Shown here: positions 10,847 to 31,942 of the stretch, in pieces | How positions within the stretch are numbered: the first letter of the stretch is position 1 | Layout of the letters: every line of letters starts with the position of its first letter | Source: Piromyces finnis finn | Lineage: Eukaryota; Fungi; Neocallimastigomycota | NCBI GenBank assembly: GCA_002104945.1 | Contig: MCFH01000010.1 | Location: 806,001 to 870,000, forward strand | Length of the DNA stretch: 64,000 nt | Direction of reading: 5' to 3' | Notes under the pieces: generated by a model | What the model saw: only the letters and a program-made list of their open reading frames with translations | Told to the model about the DNA's origin: nothing | Databases searched by the model: none | Program-made: the position numbers and the translations under genes

Positions 10847-13800
10847 TTATTCGTCTCTTAATTTCATGAAGTTTTGAATAGCCTTTGTAATAGCTTCAAT
10901 TTCTGCTTCTAATGCCTTAAGCTTGGTACTGTTGACTTCACGAATTTCTTCTTTAACCTTAGTTTCATAATCTGGAACTTGAGTCTTCTTAAGAAGGCTA
11001 TCATAATTATTTTGAGTCTTCTTTTGCTTCTTTTCAAGTTTAGCAATTTCACCATCAAAGTCAACAAAACCCTTAACAAGAAGCATGACAGTAAGATCTT
11101 CATTTAAGGTATTAACTGAACAACCAGCTGGAACTGGTTCACCCTTAACAAGAACCTTAAGTTCCTTTAATCCCTTAACAAGAGTAACTACAGTTTGATT
11201 TTGGCTTTCAATTAATTCAGCTAATTCCTTAGAAGAAGCAACAGTGTAAACTATTTATTATTTATAATAATTTTATATATTTTAAAATTTACAATTAGTA
11301 AAAATATATAATAATAATAATAATAATTTATTTATTTATTTATATTTACCAGTTCCTTGACGAATGTTGTATTCAACAACAAGAGAACGAGCAGCATGAA
11401 TAACTTGGTTAATAGTATCAAAGTCCTTTTCAGCTTGTGGGTTAATTTGACTTTCGATCTTTTTTATATGTATATATAGTTTTAAATTAATAATTTACTT
11501 TTTAAGTACAATATTTAATAAAATATAACAATTTTATAATTAAATTACTTACAACAACTGGGTAAGAAGCCTTCATAATAGTTGGAATAGTATCATTTGG
11601 ACGACGTGGTAATCTTTGATATAATTCTTCAGTAATGAATGGCATGAATGGATGTAATAACTTAAGACCAGCTTCGAGACAATTGTATAAAGTATTGCGC
11701 ATAGAAAGTTTCTTTTCAGCAATACCTGGAACAGAATCATCAGCATCGACAACTGGCTTGACAGCTTCAACATAGACATCACATAATTCGTAAAGCCAGA
11801 AATTGTAAATTGCTGTAGTAGCATTCATTAAGTTAATAGTTTCTAAGTTTTCAGTAGTTTCCTTAATAGCAGCGTTTAATCTGGAAATAATCCACTTTTC
11901 AACTAAAGATTCATTACCAGTCATCTTTAATTTAAATAATACAATTCATTAATTAAAATTATTGTTATTATTATTATCGTAATATATAAACAAAATAAAT
12001 AATAGCATACTTCGTTGTTTTCTTTTGGCTTGAAGTCATCACCTAACTTCATTAAAGCAAAACGAGTTACGTTCCATAACTTGTTACAGAACTTACGATA
12101 ACCTTCAACACGGTTAATATCTAAATTAATATCACGTCCACTTGAAGTGTAAGCACATAAGGCGAAACGAAGAGCATCGGTACCACATTCTGGAATACCA
12201 TTTGGGAAATCTTTTTTCTATATAATTTAAATTTATTTATAATATTTTTAATATTTAAACAAATAAAATTAGTTTTTAATATATATTTTATATTAATATC
12301 ATTAATTATTATATACTTACTTGTCCTTCCTTAGCCTTGGAAACTTCTCTTGGATCAAGGTTACCATTTTCAAGTCTAGTTTGTAATAATTCTAAGGAAA
12401 TACCTTCAATAACATCAATTGGATCAATAACGTTACCTAAACTCTTACTCATTTTTCTACCGTGAGCATCTCTAACCATAGCGTGTGTGAAAACCTAAAA
12501 AATTTTTAATTAAAATTAACTCTCTTTATAATGATTTTATATTCATTTTTTACTATACATACTCTCTTGAATGGAACCTTGCCAGTAAGACGGATACCCA
12601 TCATTACCATACGGGCAACCCAGAAGAAGAGAATATCCCATCCAGTTTCTAAGATGGAATTTGGATAGAAGATTTCCATATCCTTGGTCTAAAATTTTAA
12701 TTAATAATATTTAATATTAATAATTATTATTATATTAATAACGATTCAATAATTATATCTTACTTGTTCTGGCCAACCAAGAATAGAGAATGGCCATAAA
12801 CCAGAAGAGAACCAGGTATCTAAAACATCTGGATCTTGAGTTAAGGTAATTTTTTCCTTTGGAACATCTGGATGGCTTTCATATGCCTTTTGTAAAGCTT
12901 CTTCTTCATTTCTACCAACAACCCAGCTGTCATCCTTATCCTTTACAATTATTATATTATTATTAATGATTTTTTCAAAAATATTTTAATTATAATTTAT
13001 GATTTATAAACAAATTAAATATATTTATATTTACTTCAAGAGGTTTTCCATCAATGTTAATTAAGTAAGCTGGAATTTGATGACCCCACCATAATTGACG
13101 TGAAACACACCAATCTTGACAGTTATCTAACCACTTGAACCATTCTCTTTCAGATAATTTTGGTTGAATTTCAATTTCACCATTTCTAACAGCATCAGCA
13201 GCAGCAGTAGCCATATCCTTACATTTGACCCACCATTGTGGTTTAAGCATTGGTTCAACAATATTACCTGAACGACTTTATGTTGTTTTATTTAATATTT
13301 ACATATTGTTGTTATTATTATTATTATATCTATCGCAATCAAATTAACATTTTATTTAGTTATATTATTATAACTTACCCACAAATTGGGATAACCATCT
13401 TATTGTCTTCAGTCTTCTTGTATAAACCTAATTCCTTTAATTTTTCAATAACAGCTTCACGAGCATCAAAACGTTTAAGACCCTATTTATTATATTTTTA
13501 ATTGTATAATTTTTAATCCTTTAATAAATATCCTTAAATATTCCAATTTATATTAATTAATTTTCAATACCAAAAAAGTATACTTACAGTGAATGGAGCA
13601 CCGTTTTCATTAATTGTACCATCATCATTCAAAATATTGATGAATTCTAAATTGTGACGCTTACCAACTTCGTAATCGTTGAAATCGTGAGCTGGAGTAA
13701 TCTTTACACAACCAGTACCAAAGTCACGTTCAACCATTTCATCACCAATAATTTGAATTCTTCTTCCATTGAATGGATGGATAACGTATTTACCAATAAG

Positions 13801-15767
13801 ATGCTATTATAATAATATTTTGTTAATAAATTTAACAATTTACTTTATATACCAAATAAATTATAAAATTATATATTTCTTCATTACCTTATATCTTTCA
13901 TCAGCTGGGTGAACAGCAATAGCAGTATCACCAAGCATGGTTTCAATACGAGTAGTAGCAACAACGACTTCTTCTTTAGTATCTTCAACTTGATAAGCGA
14001 AAGAAATTAAAACACCAAATTCATATTTCTTATTTGGATCATGATCTGGAACAGATAATAAAGTTCTACCTTCAAGTTCTTTATTTTCAACCTATATATT
14101 TCATTTTGAATAATTTTAATTAATATATTTGTTTTATTGGTATTTTTTAAATATAATAAATTATATATTAATATTATTTATAGTTACTTCTAAGTTAGAT
14201 AAAGCAGTTCTTAATTTTGTACACCAGTTAACTAAACGATTAGAACGGTAAATAAGACCATCTTTGTGCATAGTAACGAAAGCTTCTTTAACAGCTTTTG
14301 TTAATTTCTAATGTTTTTTTATTATAATATTTATAATTAATCTCTATAAATATACAAAGGCATCCTTTAATAATTATTTATTTTCAAAATTAAAATCATA
14401 CTTCATCCATAGTAAAAGCAGTACGATCCCAATCGAAAGAAGAACCTAATCTTCTAAGTTGTTGGAAAATGTGATTACCGTATCTTTATTATTAATAGAA
14501 AAAAAAATTAATTCATTAACATATTATTCTTAATCATTTTTTTAAATATACTAATTACATACTCTTCCTTCCACTTCCAAACTTCGTCGATAAATGGACC
14601 ACGACCAAGGTCATGACGAGTAAGTTTTCTTTCTCTCATTAACTTCTTTTCAACAACAACCTATCGATAATAGTTTTATTATTAATAAAAATTAATTAAA
14701 AAACTCGAAATATCACCTTTACTATTAATAAATAAATATAAATATATTATGCTATACATACTTGAGTAGCAATACCAGCGTGATCACAACCTGGGTTCCA
14801 TAAAGTTGTCTTACCTTGCATACGATTCCTTTTAATATTATATTATTTTTATAATATTATTAATATAATTACTAACGTATTTAATATAATAATTATCACT
14901 TACCAACGAACAAGACAATCTTGAATAGCATTAGTTAAAGCATGACCTAAGTGAAGAGTACCAGTAACATTTGGTGGTGGAATTGGAATCATGAAAACAC
15001 CTTCTTTCTTTGGTTCTCCATTAACAAGTTCTGGCTTGAAGAAACCTTGCTTTTCCCACCATTGATACCAAGCAGCTTCAACAGCCTTTGGATTATAAGA
15101 AGCAGCTAAAGGAGCACTAAGATCTTTAATAGAATTATATAAAAAGTATATTATAATTTTAAATTATTAAACCAAATAATAAATATTCTTTACAATAATA
15201 AAATATTTATATACCTTTCTTTTCTCCTGGTTTTGTAGTGTTGACGAATTCTTCAACAACTTGCTTCTTTTCCTTTTTTTCCTTCTTTTCTTTCTTTTGA
15301 CCAGCAGCAGCAGCAGCCTTTTCCTAAAATATATAAATATTAATCATTAATTATCTATTATTAATAAATTATTCATTATACTAAATTATTTACTATTTGA
15401 CTATCAATTATTTTATCGTTTATATTATTTAATATAATTATTGTTTTAACGATTTAATAATTTTTATTTTTATTTTTAATAATTATTAAACATAAATTTA
15501 ACTCATCGTTTTCACATTATTCTATATTTTCTAATAATTCTCAACAAAAAATATATTATAACTTAAAATTGAAAACTACAATGCTTTTCATATAAATTGA
15601 AATAATAAAATAAAAAATATATATTAAATTTTGTATATAATTATTATTTAGAAATTTACTTGTTGCTTCTTTTGCTTAGCTAAGAACTTTTCCATCTTAG
15701 CTCTTCTCTTAGCTTCATTTTTTTCTTGGTTTTTAGTTAATGGTTTCTTTTGTTCAGAATCAGCCAT
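10847..15767 (-). CDS. VAS1: Valyl-tRNA synthetase (multi-exon)
   Basis: Starts [24 protein letters not shown]. Contains the HIGH-type motif [57 protein letters not shown] and a C-terminal coiled-coil arm, across many GT-AG introns. Stop at 10847-10849. Confidence 0.97.
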
Positions 15768-17680
15768 TTTTTATTATTTAATAATCTAATATGTAAAATA
15801 ATTTATATATTATTTATTTTAAATTTTTTTAAAAAAAAATAAAAAAAATAAAAAGATGGTAAGTAAAAAAAAAAAAAAAAAGCTTCTGTATTTATTATAT
15901 AATTAATAATTCTTTTTTTTTCTTCTTTATATAAATTATAGGCTTATTTAATATTTGTAATGTATATCTCAAAATTAAAAATAAAAATAATTGAAATACA
16001 TTTATTTAATTTAAATCATAAATGCTTACATTTTAAATTGTTATTTTTTATTTATTAATAAAAAAGTGCAAAGAACAAAATAAAATCTGATTTTCTTCCG
16101 TTATTAAATAATTTTTTTTACCTTGATGCAGTAAAATAAAAAATAATAATTTAATAAAAATATATATTATATATATAATAATATATATTTTATATATATT
16201 ATATAAAATAAATTACATTCATAAAATAAAAACTAATTATTTTAATATATAATCAACACAAAATTAATTCCATTGGCTTATAAGCAATTTATATTTTTTT
16301 TTATATTTTTTTACATACATATTTTAAATACGATACATTATTTTTGATACATTATATTGTTTACAATATGTACAATCCACTATTTTTTTTGTAACAAAAA
16401 ATAATAATATATAATTCATATATGTATATAAATATTAAAGTATAATGTTTAAAGAGGTTTAGCTATTATAATATCATAAAATCTAAAACTTTCGTTATTA
16501 ATTTATCAATTTTATTAAAATTATTTATTAAAAAAATATTAAGTAAAAAACATCTTTAAATCAATTTACTTTATTAAAAATATAAAGGAAATAGTATAAT
16601 ATTATATATTATAAGTAAAATAAAACTTTATATAAATATTCTCTTTTTAGTAAAAGGTTAGATTTAACAATTTTAAATTGTTTAGATTTTCAGTTTTTCC
16701 TTTTTATTAAAAATTTTAAAATTATATATAATTTTAATTTATCTTTTAATTTTTCTCTTTAGCTCTTTCTTTTTTTTTTTTTTCTTATAGTAGTATTAAT
16801 TATTAATTCCTTCACTTAATATAAAATAAAGTTTATACATTTAAAAGGATTATTTTTTCCACTTCCTTAATATAATAATATTAATTAGGATATTTTCAAG
16901 ATACAGTTAATAAAATGTATTATATAAGATTAATAGTAAATTTAAAAGTTTTTTTTAATTACAAAAAATAGACAGTAATGTTTTTATACTATTATTCAAT
17001 AATATAAAACTAAGCAATGACTTCATTACTGTTGTTTTAATTATGATATTGTATTGTTTCATTTATGTTAATATAAGTTTATTACTGTTGTGGTGGTGGT
17101 TATGATTATGGTTGTAGTTATAATTGTTCAAACTTTATTTAAAAATTTATATTGATAAAATCTTTTAAATAAATATGATATTTTATTTAAAATGAGAAAT
17201 ATTATATAATTATAATTTTAGAGTAGTATTCTTTTTATAAATTTAAATAATTTTCTAATACTAAATTCATTATTATCTTATTTTATAATAATACAATCTT
17301 AATATATAATATTTTATAATTCATAGCAATATAATATATTTTTATTATATAATAATAGAATTATTATATTTTATATTATATAGTTTATTACTTACATTTG
17401 ATCTCAATTGCATATTTTTAAAAACTATTGAATTTTAACATATATACCATGTGTAAATTTTGTAAATAAAATGATTTTTATATGTCATACATATATAATT
17501 TAAATATAATTTAAAAATTTCTTTATTAATAGAATATAGAATATATATATCATCCTTTTAATTATTATAAATAAATGATGACTAATATAAATATATGTAA
17601 TATTATAAACAACTATTAACAATAAGAAATACTTATTAAAATATTAAAATATTTCTTTCTAAATACTACTACTACTATTT

Positions 17681-17952
<272 letters not shown>

Positions 17953-18343
17953 GGCAATAGTAATTAATATCTATAAAACAAGTATAAATATATTATAATT
18001 AGAAATTTTACATAAAAAAGTAAAGTTTTTTATAATAAAATAGAAAAGATAACACATATGCTTCAAATTTTATTATTATATAGTAAGATTATATTAATAC
18101 AATTATATATAGTAATAGTAATAATGAGAGAATAAAAATATAACTAAGAAAAAAGTATTCAAAAAAAAAAAAGCTAATAATACATAAAATAAAAAATATA
18201 TATAATAAAATAATAGGAATAATATAGGAATAATACTTTAATAGTTTCTTTTTTTTTTATAATTTAATAATAGTTAAAATTTCAAGAAAAAGTTTAAATC
18301 TTATTTTATATACAGTATAATAAATTATATATAATAATTTTTG

Positions 18344-18345
<2 letters not shown>

Positions 18346-18416
<71 letters not shown>

Positions 18417-18948
18417 TTCCGAGTGCATTTCTCCCATCGATCAGAGTTAGCTCCAATGGTGGTTCTTAGAGAAACGTTGGCTCATTCCTATTGCTAGGTG
18501 GTTGTGACCCTCCTGGTCTGTCATACTGTTTCTTCAGCTTCGACGCTCACTTAATCCATGTACATTAGATGCATGTCGTTGTACGATATTTCACAACTAC
18601 AATGCTAAGCCTCTTATAGTCAATTTGATCACGTGTCAACCGCCCCCTAATGTTTACACTTAAATTGATTAAGGAATATTATGTGTTTTTGGCATAGCCT
18701 AAGTCACCACTTATTAAGTTCTAATTTGGAATGTACCATGTACACTAGACCCTCTCAGGCCGGCTAGACGAGTGTTATTATCATAGTAGTAAATTAGAAA
18801 GTTCATTTATACTTACCTGAATATCATAACCCAACCCATGGCAAACCCAGTGGGAAAATCCACAGGCACTGACATCTGCGGGGTCGAACCAGAAGCCTTA
18901 TGTATGCTAAGGAAACGCCTTAACAACCAGGATAAAAACTGGAACGAC
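18346..18948 (-). mobile_element. SINE-like non-coding retroposon, copy 2 (longest intact copy, 68-nt poly(A))
   Basis: T68 on the + strand (18346-18413); 13-bp direct repeat aataatttttgaa at 18333-18345 and 18949-18961. The 5' part has a B-box-like GGTTCGACCCC and a CCTTA-7nt-TAAGG stem-loop. Confidence 0.92.
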
Positions 18949-19162
18949 AATAATTTTTGAAAAATAAAATTTATTTTAAATTTTATTTATTTTATTTTTA
19001 TTTAAAATTTTTATTTTTATATTTATTTTTATAATATATAAGATAAATAAAAATATCTTATATTTATACTTTGTATTTATAAATATAAATATCAAACTAA
19101 ATATAAATATATAATAATTATTATAAATATAAATATAATTATAATTATATTTTTAGTTTATT

Positions 19163-19195
<33 letters not shown>

Positions 19196-20134
19196 AAGAA
19201 AAAAAAACTTATTTTTTATTATTTTATTTCTATTTCTTTCATTAATTTGTTAATAGTTCTTCATTTATTTATTTATATATTTTCAAACTTTATCAACGGA
19301 TATATATCAGTAAATAAAATAATAACAAAAATAAAAAGAAATAAGTAAGGTCATTCAATAACGATATAATAAATATTTAAACCGGAAATATTAGTATTAC
19401 AGCATATCAATATTGAAGAAATAGATATTGAATGTATATTAGGAGAAAGAATTTATAATTTAAATCAACGTTGTTCCTTTTGTTTTATTTTTGTTTTATT
19501 TTTTTTTATTAGTATTCGTTAATATAATTTAAAAGTAACATACATATAAATATTAAAAAAAAATAGAAAATACAATCTTATATACAAAGTATATTTTAAT
19601 AAGTATTAAAAGAATACAGAAATATAAATATTATCAAATAGCATATAATATTTAAATATTGAAAGAAAGGTAATATATATATATATTTAATTAAAAATAT
19701 ACTTATATTTTAATACAATAATAAAATAAAATAATAAAAAAAACTAAAACATACAACTAGAAATAGCATTTATATAAAAATAATAATATATATTTAAAAA
19801 TATATGTTATTTTATATTAATGTAAAATAAATTTAAATTTATTCTCAGAATTATTAAATAAAAATATAAATATCATAAATGTGCTAATATATATTATTTT
19901 TATATTACAAAACAAAAAACAAAAACAAAAACAAAAAAAAAAAAAACTTAAATAAATAGTAAAGAAATAATAAAAATAAAAAGTATAAAAGAAAATAATA
20001 GTATAAAATAAATGAAAAATCTATAAAAAATAAAAAAGGTAAATTTTATAAATATTACAAACAACATAGTATTTTAGTATTAAATGAAAAAAACTAATAA
20101 CGGAAATTTTAATTTTGAACATATCAAATAAAAG

Positions 20135-23015
<2,881 letters not shown>

Positions 23016-23351
23016 TATATTAAATGAATAATATATATTAAAATTATAAATAGTAGAAATAGATATTATATATAAATATTTTTATTAAAAATTAATAATA
23101 AAAATGAAATAAATATTTATTTATTATTATCTTTATTTTCTCAAAAAACAATTAAATTAACAAATTAAAAAATATAATAATTATGGAAAGTAAATAAAAG
23201 TAATAATAAAGACCGATAAACAACAAAAATATTAACAATAATATCATCAACATAAATAACAAAAGTATTGTTCATTAAACAAATATATATAAAAAATACA
23301 AAAAGCTAATGAGTATTCAATATCTTTATTAGTTTAATTTCATACTCCAAA

Positions 23352-23388
<37 letters not shown>

Positions 23389-24153
23389 TAAAAAAAAATA
23401 TATATATAAAAAAAAATAGAATTTAAAATATAGAATAGAATTATAATTATTTAAATATGTTATAAATATTTAGTTTAAATTTCAATAGTATTATTATCTT
23501 TATAAATATTAAACTTTGTAATTTCAGTAAAATCATATGTTACATATAATAACAAAAAACAAATATCATAATCAGTATTTTTCATTAATTATTAACAATT
23601 AAGTAAATAATATATAAAATAAATATTAAATATAAAACAAAATAAAAGAAGAAAAGATAAAATTAAATTGGACAATAACAATAATAATAAAATAATAATA
23701 ATAATATATCATTTCATTTAATTATTAATGATTATAAAAGTAATCTTATTTAAAATAATTTTATAAATAAAATTATATATATATATATATTCATATATTA
23801 AAAAAAAATAAACTAATATATTTTATTCTTTATGTATACTTTTTATATCACAATTTTTAATAATCGTTTTTGGGAAAATTTTTATTATTAAATGTATTAA
23901 ATTATGCAATTAACAAATATTAATTATTTGTTATTGATTAATATTGGATTTATTTGCGAAATTGTATATTTAAATATGGAACTTATTATAATGTTTTATA
24001 AATTTGTGGCGATTTTTTTTTAATTATATATATATATATTTTTTTTTTTTTTGAAAATTTAACTTATTTTAATATTATGATGTTATGTTTGGCAATTAAA
24101 ATTAAATATATTATTAATACTAATACACAATAAATATTAAAAAATTAAAAAAG

Positions 24154-24348
24154 AATGAAAAGGAACCATCAGAACAAAAAGAAGTTACTGCATCAAATTC
24201 AATTAATAACAATACATGTGTTAATGACACAAATGAAACAATTAATACAACAAAACAAGAATCATTGACACAAAAACCTGTTATTGACCCAACTGAAAAT
24301 GAACCACAAATTGTAATAGGTGTTGAAGCTAATGGTCCATCATTATAG
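24154..24348 (+). CDS. Candidate alternative terminal exon of the kinase (65 codons)
   Basis: Open frame NEKEPSEQKEVTASNS...EPQIVIGVEANGPSL* after an AAG acceptor, with no ATG of its own. It is in phase with a GTAAAT donor at 23004. Confidence 0.45.
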   Translation, partial: NEKEPSEQKEVTASNSINNNTCVNDTNETINTTKQESLTQKPVIDPTENEPQIVIGVEANGPSL

Positions 24349-24980
24349 AATTAAAATAATAATATGAAATGAAATGATAAATATACCAAGCAAATTTCAA
24401 AAGTATATAAAAAACAATCAAAAAATAAAAAATATATAAAATATTATACTAGATACTAGATAATATAAATAAGAAAGAAAAAAGTAATATATTTTTTTTT
24501 CTTAGAGTTATATCAAACAAATTCAGAAAAAAAAAAAAAAAAAGAAAAAAAAGAAAAACAGAACAAAAGAACATAAAATTTTAATAAATTATATAATTGT
24601 TGTTTTTTTTTATTTTTATTATTTTTAGATTTTTATTAATTTTTTAATTAATATTAGTATGTATGTATAAGATGTATGTATGTATATATTTAATTTATTC
24701 AAAAAAAAAAAAAAAAAACGAAAAAATAAAAGAATTTTTAGATATAAAAATTATAAATTATTTTTTTATTCATATATATTTTAATAGTATTATAGTAAAT
24801 TCAACATTAGAAAAATTTATAAGTTTTTAATGTAATTAAAAAATAATCAAAATAATAATAAAAAAAGATAATTTTTAAGTAATTTATTCTAATTTTCTTA
24901 ATGTGTTTTTATTATACCATTGTATTATGAAAAATTTTATATATATTAGTAATAGAATCCTCATTATCAGTATCGTCACA

Positions 24981-25692
24981 TCTTTTTACCCTTTTTCAAA
25001 ATTTTCAAATAAATACAATAATCAATTCATCACTTACTTACTCCCTGAAACAGAAGTAAGAAAAACTATTTACGTTCCTTCTTGGTGGAACTTAAGCTTA
25101 TGATGAACTATAAATCGATAATGCGGAACAAAGACATTTAAATGAACAGCTTTACAGTTCATCGGGGTCTCATGTTCCATATGTAGAGGGTCTCGCAGCT
25201 TTTCTTACTAAAACAATCCCTATCATTAGAAGCTCAATGAAGCTACTTTTTGATAGATTTAGTAAGACACCTAACATAATCAAGAGCGCCGACGTTGTAC
25301 CGATATGGCAAGGAACATTTCTAATGTTCTGTACACAGGGTTCAATGTTAGTATTTCTTCGAATGAAAACATTATAAGCTCATGAGAGAGTTTAGTGGAC
25401 ACCACACTATCATACCTGATGTTATTTCTCTTTTATTTCATTTAATTTATTAGGTAGGGACCAATCCCACACAATACGAATTGCAGAGTTCATTGAACTT
25501 TTATGCAACTTAAATAATTATTTTATATTTTTTTATATTTATATTTTTATTTATATATATTTTATTATTTTTTATTTATTATTTATTATATCAATAAGTA
25601 TTATCACCTAATATTATGTAATATCACAAATTAAATAAATAAATAAAAGATGTGTATTCTCTTCCTAGTCTAAAAAAAAAAAAAAAAAAAAA
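24981..25692 (+). mobile_element. 5'-truncated 3' end of LINE family B, second copy
   Basis: 25071-25692 matches 9797-10426 (reverse complement). A-tail at 25672-25693; 9-bp direct repeat atcgtcaca at 24972-24980 and 25693-25701. Confidence 0.85.
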
Positions 25693-26571
25693 ATCGTCAC
25701 AGTTCATCAAACTATTTAAAAATAAACCTTTTTTGAAAATTTAAAGCCTAATCTTTTCATTAAATCCTCTAATTTTAGAATGATATTAATACCAAAATAT
25801 ATCAATTAGCAATTTTGGTTGCTACTTTATTCATTTTTATTTATACCTATAACTCATAAAAATAGTTTTATAATTTTACCAAATGAAATATTAATAACTA
25901 ATAAAATAGTGTTAATATTATTAATATCACTTTAAATAAAATTTTAATATTTTTGTTACTAATGAAATTAGAAGTTGAAGATATTTTCTTTTTAATAATA
26001 AAAAGAAAAAAGCTATTATATGAAATTTTATTAATTAAATGCATTTGGAGAAAATATGTAATTATTACTATTGCTGCTGTTAATACATTATAAATATAGT
26101 TTTTATATTATTCATTAACTACATTTTTTTTATTTTTTTATTTTATTATTAAAAAATAAAAATTACAGTTCAACTTTTTAATTTTTTTTTTTTTTTTTAA
26201 ATACAATTAAATACAAATAATAATTAATAAGATTTACTTTTTTAATTGTTTATTTTTTTTAAATTATATTTTTTTTTATTAAATTTATAATTAATATAAT
26301 GATTTTTTTTGAAAAGTTGAATAATATTATTCCATATTTTTATACTGAATAATCTTGAATAATAATAACAATAATAACCACAATACTAACATTAATATTA
26401 TTAATATTAGTAATAATAATATATTTAAAAATCATTATACTAACATTAAAAGTTAATAATTCATATTTAAAATTTTGAAAAGCAACTAAATTTTGATTAT
26501 CATAGAACAAATTAAAAAAGAACAATAATAACGCTATAATAAATAATAAACAAAAACATAAGGAAATAAAG

Positions 26572-29110
<2,539 letters not shown>

Positions 29111-29435
29111 ATACCTCCTATTATAATTTTCTTCTTATTAATATTTTTTTTATACTATTTTAATTACAATAATAATTCCTCTTTTATTCAAAGAAAAAAA
29201 AATTACACTAAACAATTAATTCAAATTATACATATCGATTTTTATTCATCTATCACATTTTTTATTTCATTTTTATAAATACAAAAAACTTTTACATTAA
29301 TTTTTATATATAAATATTTTAATAATTTTAGATTTAACCATACCTATATAAATTAATAATAATAAAATAAAATTAATATTATGAATATTTATAATTATTC
29401 TTTTATTATTGTTGTTTTTTTTAATCATTAAATAT

Positions 29436-29770
29436 CAGAGACTTAAATTTATAAAAATCATTATTTTTCATTAAGTTTGCAGAAAAAATTTTCTTCATTT
29501 CATTTAATGATTAATATCTTATATTATTGCTTATTATTATACCTTTTATTTCCTCCTTTTTAATATCCCAGCTTATTTTAAATCATTTTTTCAAAATCCT
29601 TAATTACTATATATAATAAACTAATAAATAAATATAAGTAATTTATATTAGATATTTATTTTCATAAAATATTAATTTTTATTTATTATATTATTTTATA
29701 TAAAATATTTCAGAGACTTAAATTTTAAAAATCATTAATTTTCATTTAAAATTTGCAGAAAAAGTTTTCA
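29436..29770. repeat. Imperfect direct repeat of about 60 bp (29436-29498 and 29711-29770)
   Basis: Both copies read cagagacttaaattt...aaaaatcatta.ttttcatt...tttgcagaaaaa. Confidence 0.7.
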
Positions 29771-30184
29771 TCCTTATATTTTATAAATAATTCAATTCTT
29801 ATATTTTTTAAAATTCTATTTCATTACTTACATTAAAGCTTTACTATTTTTCTTGCAACTATTATTTTTTTTTTAATAATTTAAAAAATAAATATTTAAT
29901 GTCAAATTATATTTATACTGAAATTGAATTATATATAATATATTAACCAATAATTATAAAGAAAATATTTAATTTAAAGGGAATGATTGGATTAAATTAA
30001 TTATAAAGATATTAGTTATATAATAATATAACTTATACATATCTAAGATATGTATTAAAAATACATTAATGTAAGCTACAGAATTGTATCTTACATTTTA
30101 TTCTCAATATTATAATTATTTTTTAAAAAAAATTTATTTAATATTTGTTCATTTTTAAGTTTTAATAAGACAAGTGATATCAAA

Positions 30185-30484
30185 ATGATAAATATTAGAC
30201 AAGCAACTGGTAATAATAAATTATTATAAGATTCAAGTAGAAACATATATACATGCATTTATTAAATATATATAAATTAAAATAAGTTAATTAATAAGAG
30301 AGAATATATTTAATTTCTTTAAAATATAATAATCAAATTTGAATAAATAAAATGGATTTAAAATCATAAATTTATAAATTAAATATTGAATATCGGTAAC
30401 TTGGAAGAATTACATAATTTTTTATGTTAAATTAAATCAATAAAGACATGATATAATTACATTAAATTTGTTATAAAGCGTATA

Positions 30485-30537
<53 letters not shown>

Positions 30538-31722
30538 AAGAAATCTTAATAATTAAAGAATTTAATTTATTTTAATTTTAAAAAAGATAAAATTTGTATA
30601 TAATTATTATTATAATTAAATATATATGCTTTAATTTTAATTTATTTTTACTTATACATTTTTATTTCTTTATTATTTTTAATTAATTTCATAAACCAAA
30701 TACAATATTACAATGTAAAAAAAAAATGTTGAATAGTTGAAGATTTATTACAAATGCAAAATTGTAATTTATGGAATCTTCCAGAAAATTATCAAATGAA
30801 ATATTATATATATCACGAAGTTACTTGGCCTCAATTATCTTTTGTTGCTGAAGATCATGAAGGAAGAATTGTCGGATATGTCTTAGCTAAAATGTATTTA
30901 TCAATTTATTTTTATTTGTTAATATTATTATTCAATAAATCCAATGAAATTACATTTCAATTAATTTATAGTGATATAAAAGTATAAAGATTTTAAAGCA
31001 ATACCTTAATATATTTATATTTGAGAGTATAAATATAAAATATTAAAAAACTTAGAATTAAAAATAATTCAATCGTAATTAATTTTTCGATAAATAATTT
31101 CAAATAAAATAATATGGAAAAAAATAGGGAAGAAGATCAATCAGAGCCACCACATGGTCATATCACTTCTTTATCTGTTTTAAGAAGTTATCGTCGTTTA
31201 GGTCTTGCTAGTAGATTAATGGCACAATCTCGTAAATATTAATTATAATTATTTAAAAAGATAATTTTTTAAAATGTTTTTTTAGAAGAAAATTAGCATT
31301 TTAACTATATATATATTTTAAAAATAAAATTATATTTATATAGAAAAGGCTATGGCTGAAGTTTTTGATGCTCAATTTGTTTCATTACATGTAAGAAAAA
31401 GTAATAGAGCAGCTTTACATTTATACAAAGAAACTATGAAGTTTGAGTAAGTTTTTATTATATTAAAAATTAATTTATTAAACTGTAAATAAAAAATTAA
31501 TTATTTATTATTTAATGAATAATTAATTACTTAAATAATATCAGTGTTAAAGATATTGAAAAGAAATATTATGCTGACGGTGAAGTAAGTTGCTTATCTT
31601 TATATCATATACATATAAGCAATAATAATTTATTTTTAAGTATTCTAACAATTTTATTAATTTTCAAAAAGGATGCTTATGCTATGCGTAAAGATTTAAT
31701 TCCAGGATCTGCCAATAATTAA
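30185..31722 (+). CDS. NAA10: N-terminal acetyltransferase A catalytic subunit (ARD1)
   Basis: The spliced product reads [32 protein letters not shown]...GYVLAKMEE...[19 protein letters not shown]...[16 protein letters not shown]...[16 protein letters not shown], with GT-AG introns. Confidence 0.96.
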
Positions 31723-31893
31723 ATATGTTTTTTATAAAGGAATATAAAATGATATCTTAAAAGAATATATAATTTTTTTTTTTTTAAATTTTTTTAATTT
31801 ATGTATATGTTAATATGTTTATAAAACAAAACTCGATTTTTTTTTTTTTATTTTATTTTTATTTTTTATAAGTATTATTAATAAAATAACCAG

Positions 31894-31942
<49 letters not shown>

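Noticed and set aside
18809-18890. U1 snRNA (ATACTTACCTG on the + strand)
   Set aside because: No U1 stem-loop I/II motifs (GATCACGAAG, ATTGCAC) or Sm site follow. It is the antisense of a splice-donor-like sequence inside the retroposon.
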